From NCBI RefSeq assembly GCF_009914755.1, contig NC_060933.1: a stretch of 64,000 bases of DNA. The stretch is one strand, 5' to 3'. Origin of the DNA: the human T2T-CHM13v2.0 reference genome, Homo sapiens. The position numbers and the translations under genes were made by a program. A model generated the notes under the pieces. The model was not told the origin of the DNA, ran no database searches, and saw only the letters and a program-made list of their open reading frames with translations. Below are positions 1-13,300 of the stretch, one piece after another. The first letter of the stretch is position 1. The number at the start of each line of letters is the position of its first letter.

Positions 1-426
1 TTCTGCTTGATAGGATTGTGTTTTTATGCTTGAGCCTTTGAAAAAGCTATACCAGTTTGACCAATTAAGTTAATTCTGTTAATGAAGTCTGTGGTAAAAG
101 GCCTATTTTTGCTGAGGCTGAAGGTGGGGTTGGAGAAGGGATGCAGCTGGAACATGAGAGGCTGAGGCTGGTAAAATGGGCACCAGGCACCAGGCACCAG
201 CAGTACTGCATAGATGATAGGTTTCATCTGGTGTTGACCCATCTGTTATAATCTGTTCTAAGGTTGCAAAATAAAGTTGTAATACATTTCTGCCCCTTAG
301 GTAGGTGTATGTCATACTACTTTAAGACTAGATAACTAAATCCTGCTGGATCAGCCAAATCCTATACCCACCACTCAAAAACCATTCCTAAGCATATGGA
401 TAATTGATGATCCATTGGTGATATAA

Positions 427-830
<404 letters not shown>

Positions 831-2871
831 TGTAAGTTCCTTTTATACCTAATTTGTCTAGGGTTTTGATCACAAAGTGATGATAAATTTTATTGAATTG
901 TTTTTTCTGTGTCTATTGAGATGATCATAAGATTTTTGTCCTGCATTTTGTTAATGTGATGCATCATGTTTATTGATTTGCATATATTGAACCATCCTTG
1001 CATCACTGTGATGAATCCCACTTGATCATCGTGAATGAGGAAATTATCATCTGATTCACTATTGAATTCAGCTTGGTAGTATTTTGTTGAGGATTTTTAC
1101 TTCTATTTTTATCACGGGTGTTGTGTCTTATGGTTTAAGATTATGGTTGAGTTTTTGTAAGGTTTTGGTAGCAGGGTAATACTGGCCTTACAGAATGAGT
1201 TAGGCGAATTCTCTCCATTTGAATATTTTAGAATAGTTTGAGAAGACCTTGTATTAATTATTTAAATATTTGATAGATTTCCATGGTGAATCCATCTGGT
1301 TCTAGGCTTTTCTTTGAAGAGAGAGTTTTATTACTAATTTAATTTCATTATTCATTAATAGTCTGCACAGGTTTTTATTTCTTTATATTTCAATCTTGCT
1401 AAGTTGTTTGTGTCCAGAAATTTATCAATTTCTTCTAGGTTTTCCAATTTGAGTGTATGTAGTTGTTCATAATAATCTTTAATGATGGTTTCTATGCCTG
1501 TAGCACCAGTTATAATGTCTTCTTTTTAATCTCTGATTTAATCTATTTGTCATCTCTCTTTGGCTTAGTTACTCTAGCTAAAGGTTTGTCAATTTTGTTC
1601 ATCTTTTGAAAAAATATTTGTTTCATTGATTTTTTTTTTAGTTTCTATTTGATTTATTTCTGCTGCAATCTTTATTATTTCTTTTCTACTAACTTTGGGT
1701 TGAAATCATTCTCATTTTTCTAGTTGCTTGTGCTAGGTTGTCTATTTGAGATATTTCTGCTTTTTTCATGTAGGTGTTTATTACTATAAATTGTTCTTGT
1801 AAACCTACTTTTGCTGTGTCCCATACCTTTGTATATTTTGTAGTTTTATTTCTATTTTCTCATAATTTTGTAAAAATGTATTTATTGACCTATTTGTTGT
1901 TCAAAAACTTGTTTAATTTCTATGTATTTGTGCAGTTTCCAATATTCCTTCTGTTATTGATTTTTAGTTTTTATTCCATTATGGTCAGAAAAGATACTTA
2001 ATATGATTTTGACTTTTTAAATTTGTTAAGACTTATTTTGTGGCTTAATATATGATCTGTCATGCAGAATGTCCCACATATTGTTGAGAACAATGTGTAT
2101 TCTACAGCTGTTTCATGAAATGTTCTGAAAATGTCTGTTAGTTGCATTTAGTCTACAATGTGGTTTAACTGATGTTTCTCTGTTGATTTTCTGTCTCAAT
2201 GATCTGTTCATTGCTGACAGTGAATTGTCAAAATCTACTATTATTATATTGCATTCAATCTTTCTTTATATTATATATATATATTTGCTTTATAAGTTTA
2301 GTTGTTCCTATGTTGAGTGCATAGATATTTACAATTGTTATATCATCGGGCTGTATTTACCTTTTTAATCACTATATAATGGCCTAATTTGTTCTTTTTA
2401 CAGTTTTTGGCTCAACATTTATTCTATCTGATATAAGTATAGCTACTCCTGCTCTTTTTTGGTTTCCATTTGCATGGAATATCTTTTCCCATCTCTTCTC
2501 TATCAGTCTACGTGTATCCTTACATTAAAATGAATCTATTGTAGCTAGGATTTAGTGGAGTCGTGCTGTTGTGTTTTTTTAATTCTTTAAGCCACGCTAT
2601 GTCTTTTAATTGTATGACTTAATCAATTTATATTCAAGGTAATTATTTACAGGCAAGGGCTTAACTACTGCCATTTTGTTATTTGTTGTCTAGTTTTAGA
2701 AATGCTTTTCTCCTTTCATTTTCTCTTTCAGTCTTCCTTTGTAGTTATGTGATTTTCTCTAGTAGTATGTTTTTTTTTCTTTTTCTTTTTAGTGTATCAT
2801 TTATAGGTTTTTGCTTTGTAGTTAATATGAGGCCTTTAATATCACACTTTACATTTTTTACATTGTCTATC

Positions 2872-5156
2872 TGATATGGTTTGGCTGTGTCCCCACCCAA
2901 ATCTCAACTGGACTTTTCTCTCTCAGAATTCCCATGTGCTGTGAGAGGGACCCAGGGGGAGGTAATTGAATCATGGGGCCAGTTTTTCCCATGCTATTCT
3001 TGTGATAGTGAATAAGACTCATGAAATCTGACGGGTTTATCTGGAGTTTCCGCTTTTGTTTCTTCCTCATTTTCTTTTGCCGCTGCCATGTAAGAAGTGC
3101 CTTTCAACACCTGCCAGGATTCTGAGGTCTTCCCAGCCATGTGGAACTGAAATTCCTATTAAAACTGTTTTTCTTCCCAGTCTCAGGTATGTCTTTATCA
3201 GCGGTGTGAAAACAGACTAATACAGTAAATTGATACTGAGAGTGGGTGTTGCTGAAAGATACTCAAAAATGTGGAAGCGACTTTGGAACTGGGTAACAGG
3301 CAGAGATTGGAACAGTTTGGAGGGCTCAGAAGAAGAGAGAAAAATGTGGGAAATTATGAAACTTCATAGAGAGTTGTTGAATGGCTTTGACAAAAATGCT
3401 GATAGTGACATGAACAATGAGGTCCAGGCTGAAGTGGTCTCAGATGGAGATGAGAAATTTGTTGGAAACTGGAGCAAAGGTGACTCTTGTTATGGTTTAG
3501 CAAAAAGACTGGTAGCATTTTGCTCCTGCCCTAGATATTTGAGGAACTTTGAAGTTGACAGAGGTAATTTAGGGTATCTGGCAAAGAAATGTCTACGCAG
3601 CAAAGCATTCAAAAGGTGACTTGAGTGCTGTTAAAATCATTACATTTTAAAAGGGAAACAGAGCACAAAAGTTCAGAAAATTTGCAGCCTGATGATGCAG
3701 TAGAAAAAAAAATTTTTTTTTGAGGAGAAATTCAAGCCAGCTGGAGAAATTTGCTAAGTAGCAAGGGGCCCAATATTTAATCCCCAAGACCATGGGGAAA
3801 GTTTCTCCAGGCCATGTCAGAGACCTTCATGGCAGCCTCTCCCATCACAGGCCTGGAAGCCCAGGAGGAAAAAGTGGTTTCCTGGGCCAGGCCCAGGGAC
3901 TCTGTGCTGTGTGCAGCCTAGGGACTTGGTACCCCGTGTCCCAGCTGCTCCAGCCATGGCTGAAAGAGGCCAACGTAGAGCTTGAGATTTGGCTTCAGAG
4001 GGTGGAAGTCCCAAGCCTTGGCAGTTTCCACATGGTGTTGAGCCTGCAGGTGCGCAGAAGTCAAGAATTTAGGTTGGGCAACCTCCACCTAGATTTCAGA
4101 AGATGTATGGAAATGCCTAGATGCCCAGGCAGTTTGCTGAAGGGGCAGGGCCCTCATGGAGAACTTCTGCTAGGGCAGTGTGGAAGGAAAATATGATGTT
4201 GGAGCCCCCACCCAGAGTCCCTACTGGGGACCTGCCTAGTGGAGCTATGCTGTGATAAGGGGCCACCATCCTCCAGAACCCAAAATGGTAGATCCACTGA
4301 CAGCTTGCACTATGCACCTGAAAAAGCTGCAGATACTCAATGCCAGCCCTTGAAAGCAGCTGAAAGGGAGGCTGTACCCTGCAAAGCCACAGGGATAGAG
4401 CTGCTCAAGACCATGGGAACCCACTTCTTGCATCAGCATGACCTGGATGTGAGACACGGAGTTAAAGGAGACCATTTTGGACATTTTGGAGCTTTAAAAT
4501 TTGACTGCACCACTGGATTTCAGACTTGCATGAGCTCTGTAACCCCTTAGTTTTGCCCAATTTCTCCCATTTGGAATGGTTGTATTTACCCAATGTCTAT
4601 AACCCCGTTATATCTAGGAAGTAACTAGCTTGCTTTTGATTTTACAGGCTTATAGGCAGAAAGGACTTGCCTTGTCTCAGATGAAACTTTGGACTGCGGA
4701 CTTTTGGGTTAATGCTGAAATGAGTTAAGACTGTGGGGAACTGTTGGGGTGGTGTGATTGGTTTTGAAATTTGAGAACATGAGATGTGGAGGGGCCAGGT
4801 GTGGAATGATATGGTTTGGCTCTATCCCCAGGCACATGTCAACTTGAATTTTATCTCCCAGAATGCTCCTGTGTTGTGAGAGGGATGCAGGGGGAGGTAA
4901 TTGAATCATGGAGGTCAGCTTTTCCTGTGCTATTCTTGTGATAATGAATAAGTCTCATGAGATCTGATGGGTTTATCAGGGGTTTCCATTTTTACTTCTT
5001 CATTTTCTTTTGCCACACCATGTAAGAAGTGCTTTTTGCCTCTCACCATAATTCTGAGGCCTCCCCAGCCATGTGGAACTGTAAGTCCAATTAAACCTCT
5101 TTTTCTTCCCAGTCTCAGGTATGTCTTTATCAGCAGCAGGAAAACAGACTAATACA
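2872..5156 (+). mobile_element. Full-length THE1A (ERVL-MaLR): LTR 2872-3224, internal 3225-4806, LTR 4807-5156
   Basis: Two LTRs tgatatggtttggct...actaataca; THE1 internal sequence; 5-bp TSD ctatc/ttatc. Confidence 0.93.
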
Positions 5157-6519
5157 TTATCTCTGAACAAGTATTATAGTTGTTGTTATTAATAATTTGT
5201 CTTTTAGTGTTTATACTAAAAATATTTGTAGTTTAATACCATGACCACTATACTAAAATAACAACATGTTAGTGTCTTTTTCTTTCAACTGGAAGAACTC
5301 TCATTAGCATTTCCTTGTAGGATGTTCTTCTAGCAATGAATTCCCTCAGCTTTTGTTTGGGAAAGTCTTCATTTCTCTTTCATTTCTGAAAGATAGCTTT
5401 GTTCTGTAGAGTATTCTTGGTTGGCAGGCTTTTGTTTTGTTTCTTTTTTTTTTTTCAGCACTCTGAATATATCATCCTACTCACTCCTGGCTGGTAAGGT
5501 TTCTGCTGATAACTTTGCTGCCAGACATATTGAATCTCCCTTATATGTTGTTTCTTTTCTCTTGCTGCTTTCAGCATCTTCTCTTTGTCTTTGACCTTTG
5601 AGAGTTTATTCATAATATTCTTGGGATATTCTTATTTGAGTTGAATCTGACTGTGGACTTTTCACCTTCCTATAGTGAATATTTATATCTTCCAGTAGGT
5701 TTGGAAAATGATTCTGTTTTTATTTCTTCAAATAATCTTTCAATCTCTTCATCTTTCTTAATTTCCACTTTAACTCCTATAAATTAAATAATTTCTTTTT
5801 TGATGTTGTCACATAAATCTCATATGCTTTCTTAATTACTTTTCATTGTTTTTACTTTATTCTTTTTTGATTGTATAATTTCAAATAGCCCATCTTTGAG
5901 CTCACTGATTTTTTTCTTCTGTTTGGTTAATTATGTAGCTGAACGTTTCTATCGCATCTTTCCTTTTATTCATTACAGTTTTCACCTCCAAGATTTCTGT
6001 TTTCTCTCTGTTAAACTTCTCTTGTAAACTTTTCAATTGATTCTTTGCATTTTTTAAAATTCATTGAGCTTCTTGAAAATAGCTATTTTAAACTATTTGT
6101 CTGAGAGATAAAATACCTCCATCATGTTAGGGTTGGTGTCTAGTGTCTCATTTTGTGCTTGGTGAGGTAGTATTTCTCTGAATTTTCTTAATACTTTTGG
6201 ACAAGTGACAATTCCTATGCCTTGAGGGATAAGGTATATATTCCCATTTTCAAAGACTAGCTTTATTTGTGCCTGCTCTTCAGAGAGCCTTTCAGAGATT
6301 CTAAGCAGATTAACTGTTGTGTTCCCTAAGCCTACAACCACTGCAGTCATCTAAGCACAAGAGGGAGCTCTAAAATAAAGCTTGCCACAAATCACATAAG
6401 TCTCAACAGCTGATAAAACTTTCAGGATGGGATATACCTCGGGAAGACCCAGAGAGAGTTCTGGGGCTGTTTGAGAAAGATGGCTAGACATTTGAGCCCA
6501 GAAGACTGTCCTGGTGTCA

Positions 6520-7330
6520 TACAAATGTGCTTCTGTGCAGGTTTCCGCACAAGTGGAATAGGTTCTAGACTGCAGCAAGATGAGCTGGGGTTGAGACAGC
6601 ACCCCCACTTTCCCTGACACCCAACTCTGTATCTGCTGTGGGATGAAAGCTGGAAAATTCATTTCATTGGCTAAGATGACTGTGCATCTCCCAGCAGGTT
6701 CCTGTACAGTTGGGATAGTTACTCAATGGCAGCAGGAAGGGCTGAAACTGAGACAAGCCCCCTAAGGATCTTTTGTGGGATGAAGGCTGGTGAACGTGTC
6801 TCATTGAAAAAGCAGGGTATCTCTTAGCAGGTCCCAGCACAGATGGGATAGTTTCCCAAATGCAGTGGAAGAGACTGGAGCTAAAACCAGGCCCCTCAGA
6901 ATCTGCTGTAGGATGGACACAGAAGAGCTTGTCTTCTTGGCTCAGAGGTATATGCATCTACCAGCAGGTTCCTGCATAGACAGGATAGTTCACCAACTGC
7001 TGTGGGAGAGGTCTGAGCTAAGATGAGGCCCCCTTGGAATCTACTGTAAGACAGAAGCTGGATAGCCTGTCTCACTGTCTCAGAGGGGCACATGTCTCCT
7101 ATCAGTTTTCTTCATAGAAGAAATACTTCCCCAACTTTTAACTAAAACAGAAAAGGCTACAGCTGAGTCTGGGCCCCTTTGGTATCTGCTGTGGGAGCTA
7201 GTCTCATTGGCTGAAATGGACATATGTTTCTCAGGTTTCTGCACAGACAGGATAGGTCCGTGACTGCAGCAGGAGAGACCAGGGTTGAGGCTGGCACTCC
7301 TTGGGATTTGATGTCAGCTGGAAGCTGGAG
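6520..7330. repeat. Degenerate tandem array, about 6 units of ~135 bp, in the old L1 5'UTR
   Basis: Recurring gcaggtt(c)ctgcacaga..ggatag, ggcccc and atctgctgtggga motifs, with units starting near 6520, 6680, 6813, 6950, 7090 and 7221. Confidence 0.75.
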
Positions 7331-8272
7331 GGCTTTCAAGGAGGTTCAGAGTCACAGGTTGGGAAATATGGTAAGTCTGCCTCTGAGTCCTTTTTCCAGG
7401 TATATTGAGCTGGAACCTCAGCAGAAGGGAGCTGGAGGTAACACAGGGCAACTTTCAGGTATGTTGCTAAAACCAATGCTACCAGGCTAAGGAGCCTCTG
7501 CACTGAGGCATTAATGAGTGCAACTCCTCCTGGTCCCTTTGGTAGACAGTTTTGGTTGCAGAGTCAAGGACAACTGCTGCTATAGCCATGTCTTCTGGGG
7601 AATGGGGCCATTTCCAGGCTTGAATCCAATGGCACAATCAGCAGATCTCCCACCTGGGTATTTGCACTCTCAAAACAAGTCTCCTTGGTCTTGGGTTCCA
7701 CTAGGGTTTCACAACCTCCAGCCTGAATTCCAAGGCTCCCACAGAGAGACTTTTGTTTGTGGATGGGTGCAAAATTCTTGTTGTTATGGGGAGATATAAG
7801 TGAGTTACCTCTTATTCTGCTGTCTTGCTGCAGATATTCAATTTCTTATAGTTCGTTGTTCTATGATTCTCATTAAGAACCTTCCAATCTGTGATTTAGG
7901 GGACCTGTTCAATCTCCAGCTAATATTCATATCCCAGTCAGTAAGTAAGAGAAAAATGAAAAGGAAAGTAAGAGAGCAATATGATTTGCTTTAATGAAAC
8001 TTCCTTTATGCTAAATACAACACTTCCCCTTTTTTTAAATAACCACAATTAAGAAAGCTAGGAAATAAAATCATTATTCTAGGTAACTTTGATGCCTTGG
8101 TAAAGGGAATAATATAACTGCAGAAAAAAAGCATAATTGAAATTACAGAACTGACAGATTCTCACAAGGGTTTTATCTTCTTTGCTTAATGCAAGGTAGG
8201 TAGAAGTATCGGGGCTCCAAATTTATATATTTTTTCACTGAAATAGTAGTTTTTAAACATTTACAGGTTTTC

Positions 8273-10247
8273 TTTTTTTTTCTTTGTTTTTATTATACTT
8301 TAAGTTTTAGGGTACATGTGCACAACGTGCAGGTTAGTTACATATGTATACATGTGCCATGTTGGTGTGCTGCACCCAGTAACTCGTCATTTAACATTAG
8401 GTATATCCCCAAATGCTATCCCTTCCCCCTCCCCCAATCCCACAACAGGCCCAGGTGTGTGATGTTCCCCTTCCTGTGTCTATATGTTCTCATCGTTCAA
8501 TTAGAGAAAAAAGAATAAAAAGAAATGAACAAAGACTCCAAAAAATATGAGACTATGTGAAAAGACCAAATCTACGTCTGATTGGTATATCTGAAAGTGA
8601 CAGGGAGAATGGAACCAAGTTGGAAAACACTCTGCAGGATATTATCCAGGAGAACTTCCCCAATCTAGCAAGGCAGGCCAACATTCAAATTCAGGAAATA
8701 CAGAGAACGCCACAAAGATATGCCTCGAGAAGAGCAACTCCAAAACACATAATTGTCAGATTCACCAAAGTTGAAATGAAGGAAAAAATGTTAATGGCAG
8801 CCAGAGAGAAAGGTTGGGTTACCCACAAAGGGAAGCCCATCAGACTAACAGCTGATCTCTTGGCAGAAACTCTACAAGCCAGAAGAGAGTGGGGGCCAAT
8901 ATTCAACATTCTTAAAGAAAAGAATTTTCAACCCAGAATTTCATATCCAGCCAAACTAAGCTTCATAAGTGAAGGAGAAATAAAACACTTCACAGACAAG
9001 CAAACGTTGAGAGATTTTGTCACCACCAGGCCTGCCCTAAAAGAGCACCTGAAGGAAGAACTAAACATGGAAAGGAACAACCGGTACCAGCCACTGCAAA
9101 AACATGCCAAATTGTAAAGAACATTGAGGCTAGGAAGAAACTGCATCAACTAATGAGCAAAATAACCAGCTAACATCATAATGACAGGATCAAATTCACA
9201 CATAACAATATTAACCTTAATTATAAATGGACTAAATGCTCCAATTAAAAGACACAGACTGGCAAATTGGATAAAGAGTCAAGACCCAGCAGTGTGCTGT
9301 ATTCAGGAAACCCATCTCACACGCAGAGACACACATAGGCTCAAAATAAACGGATGGAGGAAGATCTAACAAGCAAATGGAAAACAAAAAAAGGCAGGGG
9401 TTGCAATCCTAGTTTCTGATAAACAGACTTTAAACCAACAAAGATCAAAAGAGACAAAGAAGGCCATTACATAATGGTAAAGGGATCAATTCAACAAGAG
9501 CTAACTATCCTAAATATATATACACCCAATATTCGTAGGCTGCACAACAATTCGCTGCTATCTCCAGAATGTGCAGGGGTCTCTGAAACTCAACACTGTC
9601 AGTGGACCAGGAGCACCCAGATTCATAAAGCAAGTCCTTAGAGACCTACAAAGAGACTTAGACTCCCACACAATAATAATGGGAGACTTTAACACCCCAC
9701 TGTCAACATTAGACAGATCAATGAGACAGAAAGTTAACAAGGATATCCAGGAATTGAACTCAGCTCTGCACCAAGTGGACCTAATAGACATCTACAGAAC
9801 TCTCCACCCCAAATCAACAGAATATACATTCTTCTCAGCACCACATCACACTTATTCCAAAATTGACCATATAGTTGGAAGTAAAGCTCTCCACAGCAAA
9901 TGTAAAAGAACAGAAATTATAACAAAGTGTCTCTCAGACCACAGTGCAATCAAACTAGAATTCAGGATTAAGAAACTCACTCAAAACCACTCAACTACAT
10001 GGAAACTGAACAACCTGCTCCTGAATGACTACTGGGCACATAACAAAATGAAGGCAGAAATAAAGATGTTTTTTGAAACCAACGAGAACAAAGACACAAC
10101 ATACCAGAATTTCTGGGACACATTCAAAGCAGTGTGTAGAGGGAAATTTATAGCACTAAATGCCCACAAGAGAAAGCAGGAAAGATCTAAAATTGACACC
10201 CTAACATCACAATTAAAACAACTAGAGAAGCAAGAGCAAACACATTC
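8273..10247 (-). mobile_element. 5'-inverted L1PA (about PA4): antisense poly-A/3'UTR 8273-8502 plus inverted ORF1-ORF2 piece 8501-10250
   Basis: 18-bp TSD aaacatttacaggttttc at 8255-8272 and 10248-10265; orientation switch at ...gttcaaTTagagaaaa. Confidence 0.95.
8501..9117 (+). pseudogene. L1 ORF1p remnant (C-terminal RRM/CTD part)
   Basis: KRPNLRLIG...ENFPNLARQ...YPAKLSF...QKHAKL; no N-terminus, premature TGA just upstream of 8557. Confidence 0.95.
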
Positions 10248-10250
10248 AAA
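9181..10250 (+). pseudogene. L1 ORF2p endonuclease-domain remnant
   Basis: MTGSNSHITILT..., [17 protein letters not shown]; stop at 9367-9369, 1-bp deletion near 9421, 76-bp insertion, truncated at 10250. Confidence 0.95.
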
Positions 10251-10319
10251 CATTTACAGGTTTTCAAGTTGAGAATCTGACAAAAACTATAATCCACAGA
10301 AAAATATTCATGTACAGAT

Positions 10320-13300
10320 AATATTTCCTAGGTTTTCTTCTAGGATTTTTAGAGTTTAAGATCTTCCATTAAGTCTTTAACTCACCTTGAGTTAATTTTT
10401 GTATATGGTGATAGGCAGAGTTTTAGTTACATTGTTTTGCATGTGGGAACCTAATTATGTCAGTACCATTAATTTAATAGGGAGTACATTTTCCATTTTT
10501 TATTTTTGTCAACTTTATCAAAGATCAGATGGTTGTAGGAGAGCATATTTATTTTTGGGTTTTCTATATTGTTCCATTTGTCTGTGTCTATTTTGTACTG
10601 GTCCCATATTGTTTTGGTAGCTGTAGCCTTGTAGCATAGTTTGACGTTGGGTAATATGGTGCCTCTGGCTTTGTTCTATTTTGTTTAGGAGTGCTTTGGC
10701 TTTTTGGGTTCTTTTTTACTTTGATATAAATTTTAGAATTTTTTGAATTCTGTAAGTAATGTTATTGGTAATTTAATAGGAACAGCATTGAATTTGTAAA
10801 TTGCTTTGGGCAATATGGCCATTTTAACAAAATTGATTCTTCCCATTCATGAGCATAGAATATTTTTCCATTTGTTTGTGTCATCTCTGATTTCTTTCAT
10901 CAATGTTCTGTAATTCTCTTTGTAGAGATCTTTTGTCTCTTTTGTTAGATGTATTCCTAGGTATTTTATTCTTTTTGTGGCTATTGTAAGTGAGACTGCA
11001 TTCTTCATCTGGCTCTTAGTTTGAACGTTCTTGGTGTATGGAAATATTACTGATTTTTGTACTTTGATTCTGTATCCTGGGACTTTACTGAAGTCATTTA
11101 TGAGTTCTAGGAGACTTTTGGCAGAGTCTTTAGAGTTTTCTAGATATCAAATCATAGAGTCCATGAATATAGATAGTTTTCCTGTTTGAATGCCTTTTAT
11201 ATTTTCTCTTGCCTGATTGCTGTAGCTAGGACTTCAGTACTACTTTAAATAGCAGTGCTGAGAGTAGCTGTTTACGTCTTGTTGTAGCCCTCAAAAGAAA
11301 TGCTTCCAGCTTTTGTTCATTCAAGTATGATGTTGGCTGTGGATTTGTCATAGATAACTCTTATTATTTTGAGATATGGTCCTTTAGTAACTAGTTTGTT
11401 AAGAGCTTTTATCATGAAGGAGGTTGGATTTCATCAAGAGCTTTTTCTGCATCTATTGAGATGATTATATGGTTTTTGTTTTCAATTCTGTTCATATGAT
11501 GAATCACATTTATTGATTTCTGTAGGTTGAACCAATGCATCCCAGGAATAAAGTCTACTTGATCATGTTGAATGAAATTTCTGATATGCTGCTGGGTTTG
11601 GTTTGCCAGTGTTGTGTTGAGGATATTTGCATCTATGTTTATCAGGGATATTGGCCTGTAGTTTTCTTTTTTCTTTGTGTCTCTGCCAAGGTTTGGTATC
11701 AGAATGATGTTGGCTTCACAGAATGAGTGAGGAAGGAGCCCCTTCTCAATTTTTTTGAATAGTTTAAATCAGATTAGTATCATCTCTTCTTTTCATGCCT
11801 GGAAGAATTCAGCCATGAATCTATCTGGTCCAGGGCTTTTTTTTTTTTTACTTTTAATTACTGATTTGATTTTGAAACTTGTTCTTGATCTGTTAAGAGT
11901 TTCCATTTCTTCCTGGTTCAACTTTGGGAGGTTGTATGTTTCTAGGAATTTATCCATATCCTTTATATTTTCCTGTTTGTGCACATAGAGGTTTCACAAT
12001 AGCCTCTGAGAATCTTTTGTTTTTCTGTGGAATAGGTTGTAATTCATCTTTGTCATTTCTTATTGTGCTTATTTGGATCTTCTTTATTTTTTCCTTGTTA
12101 ATCTAGCTAGTGGTCTATCAGCCTTTTTAATCCTTTTAAAGAAACTTTTTTCTTGCTTGTTTCCCTAATCCTTTCTATAGATATATTTTCATCTAAATTG
12201 TATTCAGTTCTGCTCTAATTTTAGTTATTTTTTTCTTCTGCTAGCTTTAGAGTTAGTTCTTGATTTCTAATTCCTCTAAATGTGATGTTACATTGTTAAT
12301 TTGAGATCTATTCAACTACTTGATGTAGGTGTTTAGTACTACAAACTTTCCACTTAACACTGCTTTCACCACATCCCAAAGATTTTGATACGTTGTGTCT
12401 CTATTTTCATTAATTCCAAATATTTTTAAATATTTACTTTAATATTGTTGTTTACCCAAAAGTCATTCAGGAGTATGTTATTTATTTAATTTATATGTAA
12501 TTGTGTGGTTTTGGGATAACTTCTTGGTATTTATTCTATTTCTATTCCACTGTGATCTGAGAGTGAGGTTGGTATGATTTCACTATTTTTTCAATTTATA
12601 GAGATTTGCTTCAAAGAATTGGTATTTGAATTCTGAGGATTTGTTCAGTCTTAGATTATGTTCTGTGTGCAGATGAGAAGATGTATATTCTCCGATTGTT
12701 TAGTGGAATGTTCTGTAGATGTCTATTAGATACAATTATTCATGTTGTGTTTGACTCCAGAGTTTCTTTGTTGAATTTCTGCCTTGTTAATCTTTCTAAT
12801 TATTTCGCTGGGGTGTTAAAGTCCCCCACTATTATTGTGCAGCTGTTTAAGTTTTTTCATAGGTCTGGAAAGATTTGATTTATGAATCTGGTTGCTTCAC
12901 TGTTGGGTGCATACATATTTAGGATAGCTAAGTCTTCTTGTTGAATTGAACCCTTTCCATTATTTAATACCCTTCTTTCTCCTTTTTGACTGTTGTTGGT
13001 TTAAAGTCTGTTTTATATACTATAAGAATAGCAATCTCTGCTCTTTTTTGTTTTCTGTTTGCATGATAGATCTTTTTTCATCCCTTCACTTTGAGCCTAT
13101 GTGTGTATTACAAGTGAGTTGGATCTCTTGAAAATAGCAGGTGTTTGGGTCTTGTTTTTTCATTCAACTTGCCACTCTGTGCCTTTTAAGTGGGACACTT
13201 AGAACATTTACAATCAAGGTTAATATTTATATGTGAGGTTTTGATGCTGTTCTTGTGTTGTTAGCTGATTGTTTTGTAGACTTAATGTGTAGTTGCTTCA

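Noticed and set aside
3230-4550. ORFs in the THE1A internal region (and the similar ones at 63322-63881)
   Set aside because: Decayed MaLR internal sequence broken across frames.
6520-7330. CRISPR-like array
   Set aside because: Whole units are homologous with no unique spacers; eukaryotic L1 context and no cas genes.
9532-9607. 76-nt insert as a tRNA
   Set aside because: Length fits, but there is no acceptor stem, T-loop GTTCRA in position, or CCA end on either strand.
8557-10272. 186-aa and 233-aa ORFs as functional genes
   Set aside because: Fragments of L1 ORF1p/ORF2p in a truncated, inverted element with stops and frameshifts; the 233-aa start is a GTG inside the foreign insert.
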